From Escherichia phage P1: DNA of 64,000 nucleotides. How positions within the stretch are numbered: the stretch's first letter is position 1; every line of letters begins with the position of its first letter. The notes beneath the pieces are model-generated. The model worked only from the letters and a program-made list of their open reading frames with translations, was not told where the DNA came from and did not search any database. The translations under genes were made by a program, and so were the position numbers. The stretch lies in sequence record AF234173.1. One strand, given 5' to 3'. Shown in pieces: positions 10,469 to 23,526 of this stretch.

Positions 10469-13400
10469 TTATGCGTATTGTTGGATGACGGCCAGAACGT
10501 CCGCCACGTTGTGTTTTGTCTCGATAATCCACCAGTTACCCGGGAAATCGCTGTTCTTCGCCTTCGCTGGCAGCCAGCGAGCGCCGAATTTCGTCTTGAT
10601 TGCGTCTTTCGCACGGAAAAGAACGCCTTTCATGCCTGAGGCTTCCTGAAGCCCAAATACCTCGCCAGCGGCGAATTTTGGTGCGTACATCATCTTCAGG
10701 TCGGCGGTGGATACGCGATAATTCAGACCAAGAGACTGAGCTATGCTGGTGGCATCACCCTGTATTGATGATAACTCTTCTTGTTTCTCGTTTCTGGCGG
10801 CAATTTCTTCCTCCGTGATGTTGCCAAGGGCCAGGTTTATCCGATCAGCGTCGGCCTGTTTCTCTTCATCGGTGCGCCCGGCAAGAACCGTGTTAATTCT
10901 CTGCAATATCTCCACATGATTCTTGCGCATGCTGAGCAATTCCGGCGTAACCTCGTTAAGATCCACCAGCCCAAGGATGGCAAGGTCGGAAAACATTGAT
11001 ACCAGGTTGTAGGTCATGCGATAGCTGAGTTGGCCATAGGCTGATGGCAACTGCACCGCATCCATTTTATAGGCATCCATAAATTTAGAGCCGTCGTTTA
11101 CGACATCCGCAATTGCCGGTGTGATTTTCCCTGTGGTGGCGGCCTCCCTGATTGCTGTTACCCACGATTGAGTCAGTGCGGCGACTGCATGATTCAGATT
11201 GGCTTCCCGTTCTGCTGCGATGCGCGCGCTTGCTGCGTCCATTGCCTGCTTGATCTCGGCTTTATTGCTGTAAATGCCAATGGTGCCAAACTGTGCTGTG
11301 GTGATCTCATAATCTGACGCCCGGAACTCATGGGTACCGAAAATGGCATTGGTGACCTCAAGTTCAGAATCCCCGTTACGAGTAGCCCCCTGGCTTGTTT
11401 TCTCCGGCATTCTGGCGATCGCATCCGCTATTTTCTCCTGAATTGCTTCAGGGGATAGCGTATCTCCATATGACGCGATTACATCGCCATAATTGGAGCC
11501 AAACAGTTCAGTCAGGAATACTTCTGCCAAACGGACCTGGCGGTTATTCCCTTCAGACATCATACCAAGCACCCATTTTGCAATTGACGACTTCAGCGCG
11601 CCGTCACGGCGATCCGGGTAAACCGCATGCTTCAGTGGGTCCGTATAGGTACCAACAAAATCAATGCTATAGCCTGACTCTGTAGTCTGAACGCCGTATG
11701 AGTCAGTGATTTTGATCATGCCGCGCTGCTGGAAACGGTAGAAATCGTCACAGGAAATGATGTCGTTAATCCCGGCGATGGAGACGCCACCACTGATTTT
11801 CTGCATAACAGCATCTTCATCGGGAGTTACATCCACCTGTTTATCCAGCGTCTTCACATCCCAGTTACCCGATTTGGTGCCTTTGAAGGTAAAGATGATC
11901 TCCACGTCTGCGCGCTGGCTGTCGAAGTCCAGCGACTTAATGCGAACGATATCACCGGCACAATCGTAGTATTGGCCTACACGCCATGAGCGATCGCCGA
12001 TAACAAGGAACTCACTCGCATGGTTAACCAGGTCAGGATCAACATCCAGAATGCCTTTATTTATTGCATCCTCCACCAGCGGGCGCAGGCGTTTGATATC
12101 CGTCGCGGCCTTCTGAGTACGGTTCAATAATTTCTCATAGGGGGAGATGGCCTGAGAGATATTAGCCTTGCGCTGAATGGCGCTTTTCAACGACGCGCGA
12201 TACTGTGCTAACAACATACGGTCTGTGTGATGGACGCTACCCCAGCGGGCTTTCCAGTCTGCGTTATCAGCTGCTTTGGCCATTACCGCCTGTTTGAATT
12301 TAGCTACCTCGGCGGTGGTCTTTTCAAGTTCCGCTTTGCTTCGCTCTAATTCAGCGGTAAGTACCTCCACATCCTCGCCAGCTGCGTGCTGCGCCTTGAT
12401 GTAGTTCTGAAGGTCGATAGTAGCCTGTTCTTTCTGGCGAGCGCGTTGCGCGGCTTTCGCCTTATCCATTTGAACCTGCATCATTGCCAGACGTTCGCCA
12501 TCATCCTTAGCGGTATACATCTGCATTTCGATCATATCGTTGGCGTCGGCGTTCTCCATTTCAGACTTATCTGAGCGGAGGATATCGGAGATCCAGCCTG
12601 CTTTACGCTTCAGCGTCTTCAGTCGGTATTCATCGAAAGAACCCTTGCCGCAGTAGTAGTGAACGCGAACGCTTGCACGGTTGGAACCAACTCGGGCACC
12701 GCGACCGTTACGCTGTGCGATACTGGCTGGTGTCCATGGCAACGTCAGATGATGGATGTCAGTCGTTCCTCGATGCAGGTTGATACCCACCTCTGCCTTT
12801 TTGTTGCAGATGATGATCGGAGTCCGGCCCTCCTGGAAGTCGGCAGCAATCTTTTCCAGCCCGCCCAGCGACATTTCATTTTGCTGCGCGATATAGGCGT
12901 CATACAGAGCCATTTGCTCGTTGTATTTCGCTATCTGTGCATCTGTTGGTTCATCCGGTAACTCTTTCGGCGGTTTAACCGCTTTCAGTTTCTTACCGGT
13001 TTTACCTGCCTCGGCAACCGTCTGAGCATTCAGGATCCCCACCTTTGAAGGTTCAAGGTTAAGAGCATTGCAGATAATGCGCTTGAGCTTCTGGTGCTGC
13101 GTTTTTTCATCGGTGAAGATGATTTGCTTACCTTCCGGGAAAAACTCCTTCAGCGTGGCGATCAGCTTCGCGTATTTTGGTGTAACGGGGTGAGTTACGG
13201 TCTGTTCGTCAATGCCAAACCTGGCCAGGCGCTTATTCACTTCCTGCTCGAACGCTTCCGGAACCTGCAACTGAATAAACTCGCCCTTATCTATCAGGGA
13301 GTATTGCGATTGCTGCGTGATTGAATCATCACTGTCGTCGTCTTCGCTGGTGGCTTGTTTAGGCAAACTGTCCGCCAGCTGCTGCACCGCATCGGCGTAC

Positions 13401-16400
13401 TCCGGCAGGAAACGATAGGTGATCCGGCGATAGTACAGGTCCATGTCAGTACATACGCGGTCCATATCCCTGATTATTGAGAAGATCGGACGGGCTTTCT
13501 CGTGCTCAATCACGCCGTCTTCATTGACCGAGGTCGTTACGCCATTGTTGGCTTTGGCTGCCGCTTCCGCCTGCTGACGCAATTCTTCATACGCCGCCAG
13601 TTGTTCTTCAGTAAGTGGCGCATCCTGCTGGTGTTCGTCCAGCTCCGGGATCTCCACGGTATCCTTAACGTCTTCCGCTGTTTTAAGCGTTGTCCAGCGA
13701 TGGAATATGCCGCGCAGCGCATCAAGGTTTTCAAAGCCCACCAGCGCCATTTTTTCTTCAACTTCACCGCTGATTTTCTGTACCGTTTCCAGCCTGGTCT
13801 TGCCGAAGAATTTAACGAAGTCATCAGGACCGTAGATCCCCATCTTCTGCCAGTATTCTTTCGGCAGAACATGAGAAAGCATGTTGTATGCATCGATCGG
13901 GGTGTTAACGACTGGCGTTGCAGTCAGGAGAACCGGTCCGCGCCCGCCATTCTTTTTCATCAGGTACGCGTTTTTGATTGCCATATCTCGCGCCGATTGC
14001 GCCACCGCGCTGGTGGGCAGATAGGCCAGCTGTGACGCTTCGCGACCATTTTTATAGCTATTGCGGTAGTTGTGGCCTTCGTCGGCGATCACGCTGTCGA
14101 AGCCCATATCCTCAAAGTACGGATACTTCTCTGCTTTTTCGGTACCGGTATCTGAATACTCCGACAATACCCGGCGACGCGCCGCCTCTTTGCGATGGGA
14201 ATCGGAATCCATTGCGCTGGCTACGCGCCCGGCGGCAACGAAGTCATAAAGCATATCCTGTGCATGCTCATCTACGGTGTCATCACGTAGCGGAATGCGG
14301 GCGTATTGTTCTTTGGTAAACACGACTGCACGGTAATTTGAGTGCGGGATCGCATTCATCCGCGCCGTGATAGTGGCTTCATCTGCCAGCTTAAGAGCAT
14401 CGCGCATAACTGGAGTGCCATCAGTACCAAGAACAGGTTTACCGTTCTCATCGAGCACCGGCACCTGGCGAATCTGATCGCCATCCATCAGCACATCAAG
14501 ACCGACGAACAGGTAGTTACTGAATGCCTCTTCACTCAGGAACTCTTTTGCTTCGTAATACCAGTTTTCCAGCACTGATTTAGGCACTACATAAGCAGTA
14601 CGGGTGGAGCGACCGTTCTCATAGTTGAACGCCTCAAGCGCCAGCGCGGTCGTGGTTTTACCCAGCCCGGTGCCGAAGCCCAGGATGCCGCGCCCATCTT
14701 CGGACAGTCGGCGCACCTCGCTATTCTGGTAATCAAATGGCTGGCGCTTACCGCTTAATCCCTTCAACCCAAGCGGATCGCCAGAGTGTTCATACGGGAT
14801 ATTGCTATTGAACACATCGTTGTATTTGGCAACCAGCTCATCGTAGCGATCGTGCGTCTTGATCCACTTATTGAACTGGTCCTCAAGCAGTGCCATCTGC
14901 TCGCGGTAGCCGTTCGCCGTCGCGCTATCTTTGCCACCGATACGCGCACCATTGAGATACTTTTCCAGCTGTGCCGGGAACCCGGTCGCGTTTTCACCTG
15001 ATTTACGGTCCCACTCGTAGCGGATCTCGCCTGTTTCTTTATCCTTGCGCTGGACGACACCGTATCGGTGCCCGACGAACAGACCATCACCACCGTGATA
15101 GGTGTCAGAAACCATTTCGTCGCCTTCCAGCTGCACTGACTGCACATAGCGCAGATCCGGATAGCCGTTTTCCTGCAAAAATTCCAGAATGACGGAACGG
15201 TCGAACCAACGGCTATTGAGCTTAAACCGGATATTCTCTGCTGGCGTCTTGATGCGCTTCTCTTCGATCGCTGCCAGCTGATTAAGGACGTTGTTCTTTA
15301 CTGGACCGTCGGTGAGCGTGGCGAGGAATTCCTGTTTTGGAGCCACTATCTCGTTAATGTCGCCGCTGGTGGCGCGGGCGAACGGAACAATCCCGCCATA
15401 CGGTGAAACCGCAATGCCAGGGGTGCTGGCCAATAAATTAAGCAACTCGTCATCACTGGCTGGCAGTTCGCCGGTAAACGCAAGGCGGAAATCATCGAGC
15501 TGGATTGGATCGCGAGTGAGATCACTGTAGAGATAACGCAGGGTGTCCTGATAGCTGGTGGAGTCATAACTGGCGCTGGAATCATGCGTAACCAGTTTTC
15601 CTGTCAGCTCGTCAGAAATAGTGCCATCCAGCTTAATTGCACCACGGAAAGCAAACCAGGCGCGCGCACCGCTTCCCGATAATTTAGCTATCGGACCGCG
15701 ACCGGGGTTACCAAAACGGTCAATCTCTGCCTGCAAACGGGATACCAGAGAAAGGCGCTGCTGTTCGATTTGTTCAGCACTATGCCCGGCGGCCTTCATA
15801 TCCTGATATTCAATTAACATCCGGCCAATCATCGCCCCGCGATACAAGCGTTCACGGTATTTTTCAGGCTGGCTGTTAATCCAGTCCACCAGCTGCACCA
15901 TATCGTCGCTGATTGATGTGGTGTACTTATCGCGGACATTTGCCATCTGGGTAAATGTCATACCGAGACGGCCTTCTGTTGTAGTCAGGTTACGCTGAAG
16001 AGCCTCCCAGCTGTCCGCGCCATAACTGGCAACATCAATCTTCAGCTCCTTCCCGGCATCAGATTCAATCCAGCGACCACCAGCATATTTTTGCCATACG
16101 CCATTAATCAGGCGCATTTCCCCTTCATCAACAACATCTGCGGTCGGTGACGGTTCAGCCATATCGAGCAAATACCAGTCGATACGGCTTTCGAAACAAT
16201 GAATCAGCTTCGCTTTAAGAGCCTGGTTATCAATCTGACCGTCGGCACGAACCTCAATACGCCCCTGGAAGCCCTTTTCCTGGGTGCCATGAACAAACCG
16301 GCGGCCGTCCTTTTCAAACCACTTGCCAGAAATAAACGTTGGCCAAAGCACATTTGCCGATTCGAGAGTGCTTTCATGCACCAGGGGGATTTTCTCAGCC

Positions 16401-17236
16401 ATCTCTGCCGGATGTTTGCGCATCAGCACCACATCAACGACTGTACTGGTCCCGTTTGCGTCAAAAGTACCGGTAGGCAAGCGGTGAGCGCCAAGAAATT
16501 CAGCTTTACGGGATAAGCGCAGGCGTAACCGCTTCATGTTTGAACCTGAAACAATGGACGGCGGCACAATCACACACATGAATCCGCCAGGTTTTATCTT
16601 GTCCAGCATGCGGAGCATGAAGTAAGACCCCATGTCCGTTTCTTCTGCGTAAGGCTTATCGATGTTGCGTGTGTTATCACGACCGCCGAACGGAACGTTA
16701 CCCACAACATGGTCGAATGAATCGTTAGGCGTGCTTACAGCCAGTTGTTCGAACGGGGAAATCTGTACGCTGTCTTCCGGATGTAACAGCTGGTTTATAC
16801 GACCGGAAACACTGCTGATCTCAGTCGCGGTCATCACCGTACCAACCGGTTTTGTCTCATTAAAAACGCCGGTGCCCGCCGATGGTTCCAGAGTGTTACC
16901 TACGTCCGCGCCGTAGAGCTTCATGATCTCCCAGACACCTTCAGCGATCGGCTTTGGTGTGTAATATTCGGAGACGGACCCGCCAATGCCGCCTTCACCG
17001 GTGTACCCAGCCAGGATCTGGCGCTGTTCATCTGTCAGTGTCGCGCCGTCCACCAGCGAATTAAGCAAATCTATCGCCTTCTGATTCGCCTCCCGGCGCA
17101 GTCGGTCATAGCTTTTGCCTTCCACCTTTTCCACGCCGTATTTAATCGGCGCTCGGTGAGATGTTATTGCCCTAATGTATTTCAATATTTCGCTGACACT
17201 TGAACAGCGAAACACCCCCATAGATAGCTTGTTCAT
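10469..17236 (-). CDS. darB: DarB antirestriction protein: giant methyltransferase-helicase fusion
   Basis: 2255-aa ORF; SAM-binding-like motif LEPSAGTGVF and NVPFG near the N-terminus; Walker A GTGLGKT and DEGH box (VIADEGHNY) further in. Confidence 0.9.
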   Translation of the reverse strand: MNKLSMGVFRCSSVSEILKYIRAITSHRAPIKYGVEKVEGKSYDRLRREANQKAIDLLNSLVDGATLTDEQRQILAGYTGEGGIGGSVSEYYTPKPIAEGVWEIMKLYGADVGNTLEPSAGTGVFNETKPVGTVMTATEISSVSGRINQLLHPEDSVQISPFEQLAVSTPNDSFDHVVGNVPFGGRDNTRNIDKPYAEETDMGSYFMLRMLDKIKPGGFMCVIVPPSIVSGSNMKRLRLRLSRKAEFLGAHRLPTGTFDANGTSTVVDVVLMRKHPAEMAEKIPLVHESTLESANVLWPTFISGKWFEKDGRRFVHGTQEKGFQGRIEVRADGQIDNQALKAKLIHCFESRIDWYLLDMAEPSPTADVVDEGEMRLINGVWQKYAGGRWIESDAGKELKIDVASYGADSWEALQRNLTTTEGRLGMTFTQMANVRDKYTTSISDDMVQLVDWINSQPEKYRERLYRGAMIGRMLIEYQDMKAAGHSAEQIEQQRLSLVSRLQAEIDRFGNPGRGPIAKLSGSGARAWFAFRGAIKLDGTISDELTGKLVTHDSSASYDSTSYQDTLRYLYSDLTRDPIQLDDFRLAFTGELPASDDELLNLLASTPGIAVSPYGGIVPFARATSGDINEIVAPKQEFLATLTDGPVKNNVLNQLAAIEEKRIKTPAENIRFKLNSRWFDRSVILEFLQENGYPDLRYVQSVQLEGDEMVSDTYHGGDGLFVGHRYGVVQRKDKETGEIRYEWDRKSGENATGFPAQLEKYLNGARIGGKDSATANGYREQMALLEDQFNKWIKTHDRYDELVAKYNDVFNSNIPYEHSGDPLGLKGLSGKRQPFDYQNSEVRRLSEDGRGILGFGTGLGKTTTALALEAFNYENGRSTRTAYVVPKSVLENWYYEAKEFLSEEAFSNYLFVGLDVLMDGDQIRQVPVLDENGKPVLGTDGTPVMRDALKLADEATITARMNAIPHSNYRAVVFTKEQYARIPLRDDTVDEHAQDMLYDFVAAGRVASAMDSDSHRKEAARRRVLSEYSDTGTEKAEKYPYFEDMGFDSVIADEGHNYRNSYKNGREASQLAYLPTSAVAQSARDMAIKNAYLMKKNGGRGPVLLTATPVVNTPIDAYNMLSHVLPKEYWQKMGIYGPDDFVKFFGKTRLETVQKISGEVEEKMALVGFENLDALRGIFHRWTTLKTAEDVKDTVEIPELDEHQQDAPLTEEQLAAYEELRQQAEAAAKANNGVTTSVNEDGVIEHEKARPIFSIIRDMDRVCTDMDLYYRRITYRFLPEYADAVQQLADSLPKQATSEDDDSDDSITQQSQYSLIDKGEFIQLQVPEAFEQEVNKRLARFGIDEQTVTHPVTPKYAKLIATLKEFFPEGKQIIFTDEKTQHQKLKRIICNALNLEPSKVGILNAQTVAEAGKTGKKLKAVKPPKELPDEPTDAQIAKYNEQMALYDAYIAQQNEMSLGGLEKIAADFQEGRTPIIICNKKAEVGINLHRGTTDIHHLTLPWTPASIAQRNGRGARVGSNRASVRVHYYCGKGSFDEYRLKTLKRKAGWISDILRSDKSEMENADANDMIEMQMYTAKDDGERLAMMQVQMDKAKAAQRARQKEQATIDLQNYIKAQHAAGEDVEVLTAELERSKAELEKTTAEVAKFKQAVMAKAADNADWKARWGSVHHTDRMLLAQYRASLKSAIQRKANISQAISPYEKLLNRTQKAATDIKRLRPLVEDAINKGILDVDPDLVNHASEFLVIGDRSWRVGQYYDCAGDIVRIKSLDFDSQRADVEIIFTFKGTKSGNWDVKTLDKQVDVTPDEDAVMQKISGGVSIAGINDIISCDDFYRFQQRGMIKITDSYGVQTTESGYSIDFVGTYTDPLKHAVYPDRRDGALKSSIAKWVLGMMSEGNNRQVRLAEVFLTELFGSNYGDVIASYGDTLSPEAIQEKIADAIARMPEKTSQGATRNGDSELEVTNAIFGTHEFRASDYEITTAQFGTIGIYSNKAEIKQAMDAASARIAAEREANLNHAVAALTQSWVTAIREAATTGKITPAIADVVNDGSKFMDAYKMDAVQLPSAYGQLSYRMTYNLVSMFSDLAILGLVDLNEVTPELLSMRKNHVEILQRINTVLAGRTDEEKQADADRINLALGNITEEEIAARNEKQEELSSIQGDATSIAQSLGLNYRVSTADLKMMYAPKFAAGEVFGLQEASGMKGVLFRAKDAIKTKFGARWLPAKAKNSDFPGNWWIIETKHNVADVLAVIQQYA

Positions 17237-17247
17237 TGGTAATCCTT

Positions 17248-17258
17248 AACAAGTGACT
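17248..17258 (+). promoter_or_regulatory. Late-promoter-like motif AACAAGTGACT in the darB/prt divergent region, about 55 bp 5' of prt
   Basis: Same motif family as at 2674, 20980, 46619 and 58834. Confidence 0.35.
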
Positions 17259-17302
17259 AGTGTTAAATTCCGTTCAAACACGATGTGAATTATTCTAATT
17301 AA

Positions 17303-20033
<2,731 letters not shown>

Positions 20034-20046
20034 CCACCAAAAATAA

Positions 20047-20064
20047 CCCCGGCAGCTGCCGGGG
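20047..20064 (+). terminator. Palindromic hairpin CCCCGGCAG/CTGCCGGGG after pro
   Basis: Perfect 9-bp GC-rich palindrome followed by TTCTCGTT. Confidence 0.45.
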
Positions 20065-20324
20065 TTCTCGTTAACTATTATCGCCTTCGCCTGCGTGCCA
20101 TATATTTGCGCACCGCGCGGCGTGGACAATCTGAAGCGGTTTCTTTCTGCTGCATCAATCTTGCAGCCATGCTCAAAAATGTCAGGCACAGCCGAAGCCC
20201 TGCATACAATAGCGGTTCCAGTGGCCACGTCTCATTGAGCACATATACCGCCATGAAAATCGAGTCGAAAACTATCGCCGCCAGCGATAACTTCATTGTC
20301 GAAAGTCGGCGGAGCTGCCGGAGT

Positions 20325-20882
20325 TTATTCATTGACCAGTCCCGTCAGGCAAAGCTGGCGTTCTTTTTCACGGCGAATCTTTAAACCTCGCAGGGGCACG
20401 CCGTTACTGTTCACGAAATCAGGGAGATGGTTACACATATTCACCCATTCCCCTTTCTGCGCCCACTTGTGGATGGACGTTTCGACTCGCATGCCTCGCG
20501 CTTTGCTGTAGTAGGTCCGTAAGCTATTGCATCCCATATTGAATGCCGCGCTTGTCATTGCGCTGAAGGCATTATCGGGCATGTCTTTGCCCCGGAAGTG
20601 CTGATTAATACAGCGTTCAGCGATCAGGATATTCTTTTCCCAATCAGCGGCGATTTGCTGGTCGGTTTTTCGCACACCCGGCGTTACCCCGTGTGTATTA
20701 CCGATCCCGTCAGTCCATACCCCCGCCGGGCACATGTATGGATCACGTCGGCAACCTTCAGCGTTACCAATCAGCTCAAGCCCCGCCTGGTTGGTTCGCA
20801 CATTGCCATTACCCATTACGATGGTAATCATCACCGCGATAGCGCAAATTGCACCGCCTCCTGCGGCTGTTTTTCCCTTCAT
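20325..20882 (-). CDS. lyz: Endolysin Lyz (T4-lysozyme fold with N-terminal SAR-type hydrophobic segment)
   Basis: 185-aa ORF; Gly/Ala-rich hydrophobic N-terminus (AICAIAVMITIVMG) followed by lysozyme-like body. Confidence 0.9.
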   Translation of the reverse strand: MKGKTAAGGGAICAIAVMITIVMGNGNVRTNQAGLELIGNAEGCRRDPYMCPAGVWTDGIGNTHGVTPGVRKTDQQIAADWEKNILIAERCINQHFRGKDMPDNAFSAMTSAAFNMGCNSLRTYYSKARGMRVETSIHKWAQKGEWVNMCNHLPDFVNSNGVPLRGLKIRREKERQLCLTGLVNE

Positions 20883-20979
20883 AAAGACCTCATAAGCGAA
20901 TTTTTACGCTCCAGGACAAACACCCATTCACAGCCAATACCGACTGACTCGATCCCTTTAGAAGACACAGGATAATGCA

Positions 20980-20990
20980 AATCACTTGTT
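20980..20990 (-). promoter_or_regulatory. Late-promoter-like motif (AATCACTTGTT on + strand) about 100 bp 5' of lyz
   Basis: One mismatch to AGTCACTTGTT. Confidence 0.3.
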
Positions 20991-21014
20991 AGCTACGTTT
21001 CAAAGATATACATT

Positions 21015-21031
21015 ATTGCTCTAATTAATTT
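21015..21031 (+). promoter_or_regulatory. C1 operator-like site ATTGCTCTAATTAATTT upstream of ssb (Op21)
   Basis: 16 of 17 match to the C1 operator consensus. Confidence 0.55.
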
Positions 21032-21050
21032 ATTTTATTAGGTAAGATAA

Positions 21051-21539
21051 GTGGCACAACGCGGTGTAAACAAAGTCATCCTGATTGGTACCCTGGGGCA
21101 AGACCCGGAGATCAGGTATATACCAAATGGCGGCGCGGTCGGAAGACTCAGCATCGCAACGAATGAATCATGGCGCGACAAGCAAACGGGCCAACAGAAA
21201 GAGCAAACAGAATGGCATAAAGTCGTTTTGTTCGGAAAACTTGCTGAAATTGCGAGTGAGTATTTACGAAAAGGTTCTCAGGTCTACATCGAAGGGAAAC
21301 TTAAAACCCGTAAGTGGACAGATGACGCCGGTGTAGAACGTTACACGACGGAAATTATCGTCAGCCAGGGCGGCACCATGCAAATGATCGGCGCTCGCCG
21401 TGACGATTCACAGTCCTCAAATGGCTGGGGGCAATCAAACCAACCTCAAAACCACCAGCAATACAGTGGTGGCGGTAAACCTCAGAGCAACGCTAATAAC
21501 GAACCCCCAATGGACTTTGACGACGATATTCCGTTTTGA
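21051..21539 (+). CDS. ssb: Single-stranded DNA-binding protein
   Basis: 162-aa ORF with GTG start; close similarity to E. coli SSB including the C-terminal DDDIPF tail. Confidence 0.95.
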   Translation: MAQRGVNKVILIGTLGQDPEIRYIPNGGAVGRLSIATNESWRDKQTGQQKEQTEWHKVVLFGKLAEIASEYLRKGSQVYIEGKLKTRKWTDDAGVERYTTEIIVSQGGTMQMIGARRDDSQSSNGWGQSNQPQNHQQYSGGGKPQSNANNEPPMDFDDDIPF

Positions 21540-21736
21540 ATGTGTAAAAAACGACTGAAAGAAAAGCGGTGGTCCAGACGCCGACAAAAGCACGAACTCG
21601 CAAACAAACGCCAAAGTTGGCAATGGCACGCGCTTTTCACGAAAAGAACACCCCGAGATATTGCTTTCGCTGGTGGGAAAACATTCCTGACCCACCTGAA
21701 GGCGCAATACATCAGTTTTTAAGCAGAGAAAAGACT

Positions 21737-22531
21737 ATGACAGCACAAAATACTAAAACCATTCAATACCGCCTACGTAATGGCCAGAGTGTCGAAGTGA
21801 CCATCAATAATGATGGAGTGCCAGGCGAAAAGGTTTCTATCTCCGATCTGGCTATCGAAAAAACCATCATGTGCCACCTTGGCTTTACTGAAGAAGTGAG
21901 CAAAAAGCATGGTGTAGCTATCTGGCGCACAATGGATACTGGAATGCGCAGATTCATTACTGCTCGTACCCCTGGTATGACCATGATGGACCTCATGCAG
22001 ATTGCGCCGCTGTTTGAGTGTGAACCTTTGGATGTATTCAGCAATCCAGCTATCTGCCAGCAGTTATATGGTGAGATGAAACTCGCGGTTACCCCCATTG
22101 TGCTGCATGAAGGATCGCTTGCTGGCGTATGGAAAGTAGAGCGAATTTCAAGCTACATGCCCTTCCACTTCCATGTCAACGGCGTAATCACTGGTGAAAA
22201 TCAACCTGTTTCCGTTACAAAGTCAGACCTCAAGCGCGCAATTCTTGAAGCAAGTTGTCGAGTTATCGGCCTGGGCAAACAGTCTTATGTTTGCTTCCCC
22301 GCAGGCCCAGAAGGCCCGGCTGAAATACTGACGATGGATGCCGATCTGCTCTGGCAAATAGAGTTTATGATTGGGAAAAGCATCATCCGAGCTGAAGAAC
22401 TCGATCAGTACATTACCTGCACGATGACGGATGAAGTCAAAAGTGTGGCTATAGCCAATGCCAGGAACCTGTGTCGTACTGCATTGGCAGAGCTGCAAGA
22501 AAACACCACGGAAGAGGTGGAAAGTGATTAA
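21737..22531 (+). CDS. isaA: IsaA, IS1-adjacent protein of unknown function
   Basis: ORF ending 86 bp before the IS1 target duplication; start uncertain (ATG 21737, alternatives ATG 21623 or GTG 21569). Confidence 0.5.
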   Translation: MTAQNTKTIQYRLRNGQSVEVTINNDGVPGEKVSISDLAIEKTIMCHLGFTEEVSKKHGVAIWRTMDTGMRRFITARTPGMTMMDLMQIAPLFECEPLDVFSNPAICQQLYGEMKLAVTPIVLHEGSLAGVWKVERISSYMPFHFHVNGVITGENQPVSVTKSDLKRAILEASCRVIGLGKQSYVCFPAGPEGPAEILTMDADLLWQIEFMIGKSIIRAEELDQYITCTMTDEVKSVAIANARNLCRTALAELQENTTEEVESD

Positions 22532-22640
22532 TTTTTACTAGAATAAAAAGGGGTGCCAGAGAGCACCCTGATAATACGAAATTAAAGGGAAATAAATTAC
22601 ATGAAGTGTAATTCTTTGCCCTCTGGGTAATGACTCAAAC

Positions 22641-23144
22641 TTATTGATAGTGTTTTATGTTCAGATAATGCCCGATGACTTTGTCATGCAGCTCCACCGA
22701 TTTTGAGAACGACAGCGACTTCCGTCCCAGCCGTGCCAGGTGCTGCCTCAGATTCAGGTTATGCCGCTCAATTCGCTGCGTATATCGCTTGCTGATTACG
22801 TGCAGCTTTCCCTTCAGGCGGGATTCATACAGCGGCCAGCCATCCGTCATCCATATCACCACGTCAAAGGGTGACAGCAGGCTCATAAGACGCCCCAGCG
22901 TCGCCATCGTGCGTTCACCGAATACGTGCGCAACAACCGTCTTCCGGAGCCTGTCATACGCGTAAAACAGCCAGCGCTGGCGCGATTTAGCCCCGACGTA
23001 TCCCCACTGTTCGTCCATTTCCGCGCAGACGATGACGTCACTGCCCGGCTGTATGCGCGAGGTTACCGACTGCGGCCTGAGTTTTTTAAATGGCGGAAAA
23101 TCGTGTTGAGGCCAACGCCCATAATGCGGGCGGTTGCCCGGCAT
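22641..23144 (-). CDS. insB: IS1 InsB (transposase part, expressed as InsAB' by frameshift)
   Basis: 167-aa ORF recognised as IS1 InsB. Confidence 0.9.
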   Translation of the reverse strand: MPGNRPHYGRWPQHDFPPFKKLRPQSVTSRIQPGSDVIVCAEMDEQWGYVGAKSRQRWLFYAYDRLRKTVVAHVFGERTMATLGRLMSLLSPFDVVIWMTDGWPLYESRLKGKLHVISKRYTQRIERHNLNLRQHLARLGRKSLSFSKSVELHDKVIGHYLNIKHYQ

Positions 23145-23338
23145 CCAACGCCATTCATGGCCATATCAATGATTTTCTGGTGCGTACCGGGTTGAGAAGC
23201 GGTGTAAGTGAACTGCAGTTGCCATGTTTTACGGCAGTGAGAGCAGAGATAGCGCTGATGTCCGGCGGTGCTTTTGCCGTTACGCACCACCCCGTCAGTA
23301 GCTGAACAGGAGGGACAGCTGATAGAAACAGAAGCCAC
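23063..23338 (-). CDS. insA: IS1 InsA (transposition inhibitor)
   Basis: 91-aa ORF with zinc-finger CxxC..CxxC N-terminus, recognised as IS1 InsA. Confidence 0.9.
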   Translation of the reverse strand: MASVSISCPSCSATDGVVRNGKSTAGHQRYLCSHCRKTWQLQFTYTASQPGTHQKIIDMAMNGVGCRATARIMGVGLNTIFRHLKNSGRSR

Positions 23339-23526
23339 TGGAGCACCTCAAAAACACCATCATACACTAAATCAGTAAGTTGGCAGCATCACCTGCCCTC
23401 TGAATATGCAATGATGGTTAGACAAGCAAGATAGGGCGAATTAAAATTAATCAAGAGTCACTTTGTTAAGATGCGTAACATCACTTTAACACTTTATGCT
23501 TGTCATGATATTTGCTTGGAAGCCTC

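Larger units (their letters stand above)
22626..23393 (-). mobile_element. IS1: IS1, 768 bp, flanked by a perfect 9-bp target duplication TGCCCTCTG (22617-22625 and 23394-23402)
   Basis: Ends GGTAATGACTC at 22626 and the complement of GGTGATGCTGCCAAC at 23393; canonical length; insA and insB inside. Confidence 0.95.

Noticed and set aside
10600-16916. Many 60-180-aa ORFs on the + strand inside darB (for example 13502-14035, 13978-14319, 14971-15192)
   Set aside because: All lie antisense within a continuous 2255-codon gene, have no ribosome-binding sites and no motifs; typical GC-rich antisense artefacts.
21569-21736. N-terminal extension of isaA giving a 320-aa protein that would start 30 bp after ssb
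   Set aside because: Start is a GTG with no ribosome-binding site; the in-frame ATG at 21737 has a better context. An ATG at 21623 remains an alternative.
22549-22568. Hairpin GGGTGC-cagaga-GCACCC after isaA
   Set aside because: Short stem with no following U-tract; lies next to the IS1 target site and may be incidental.
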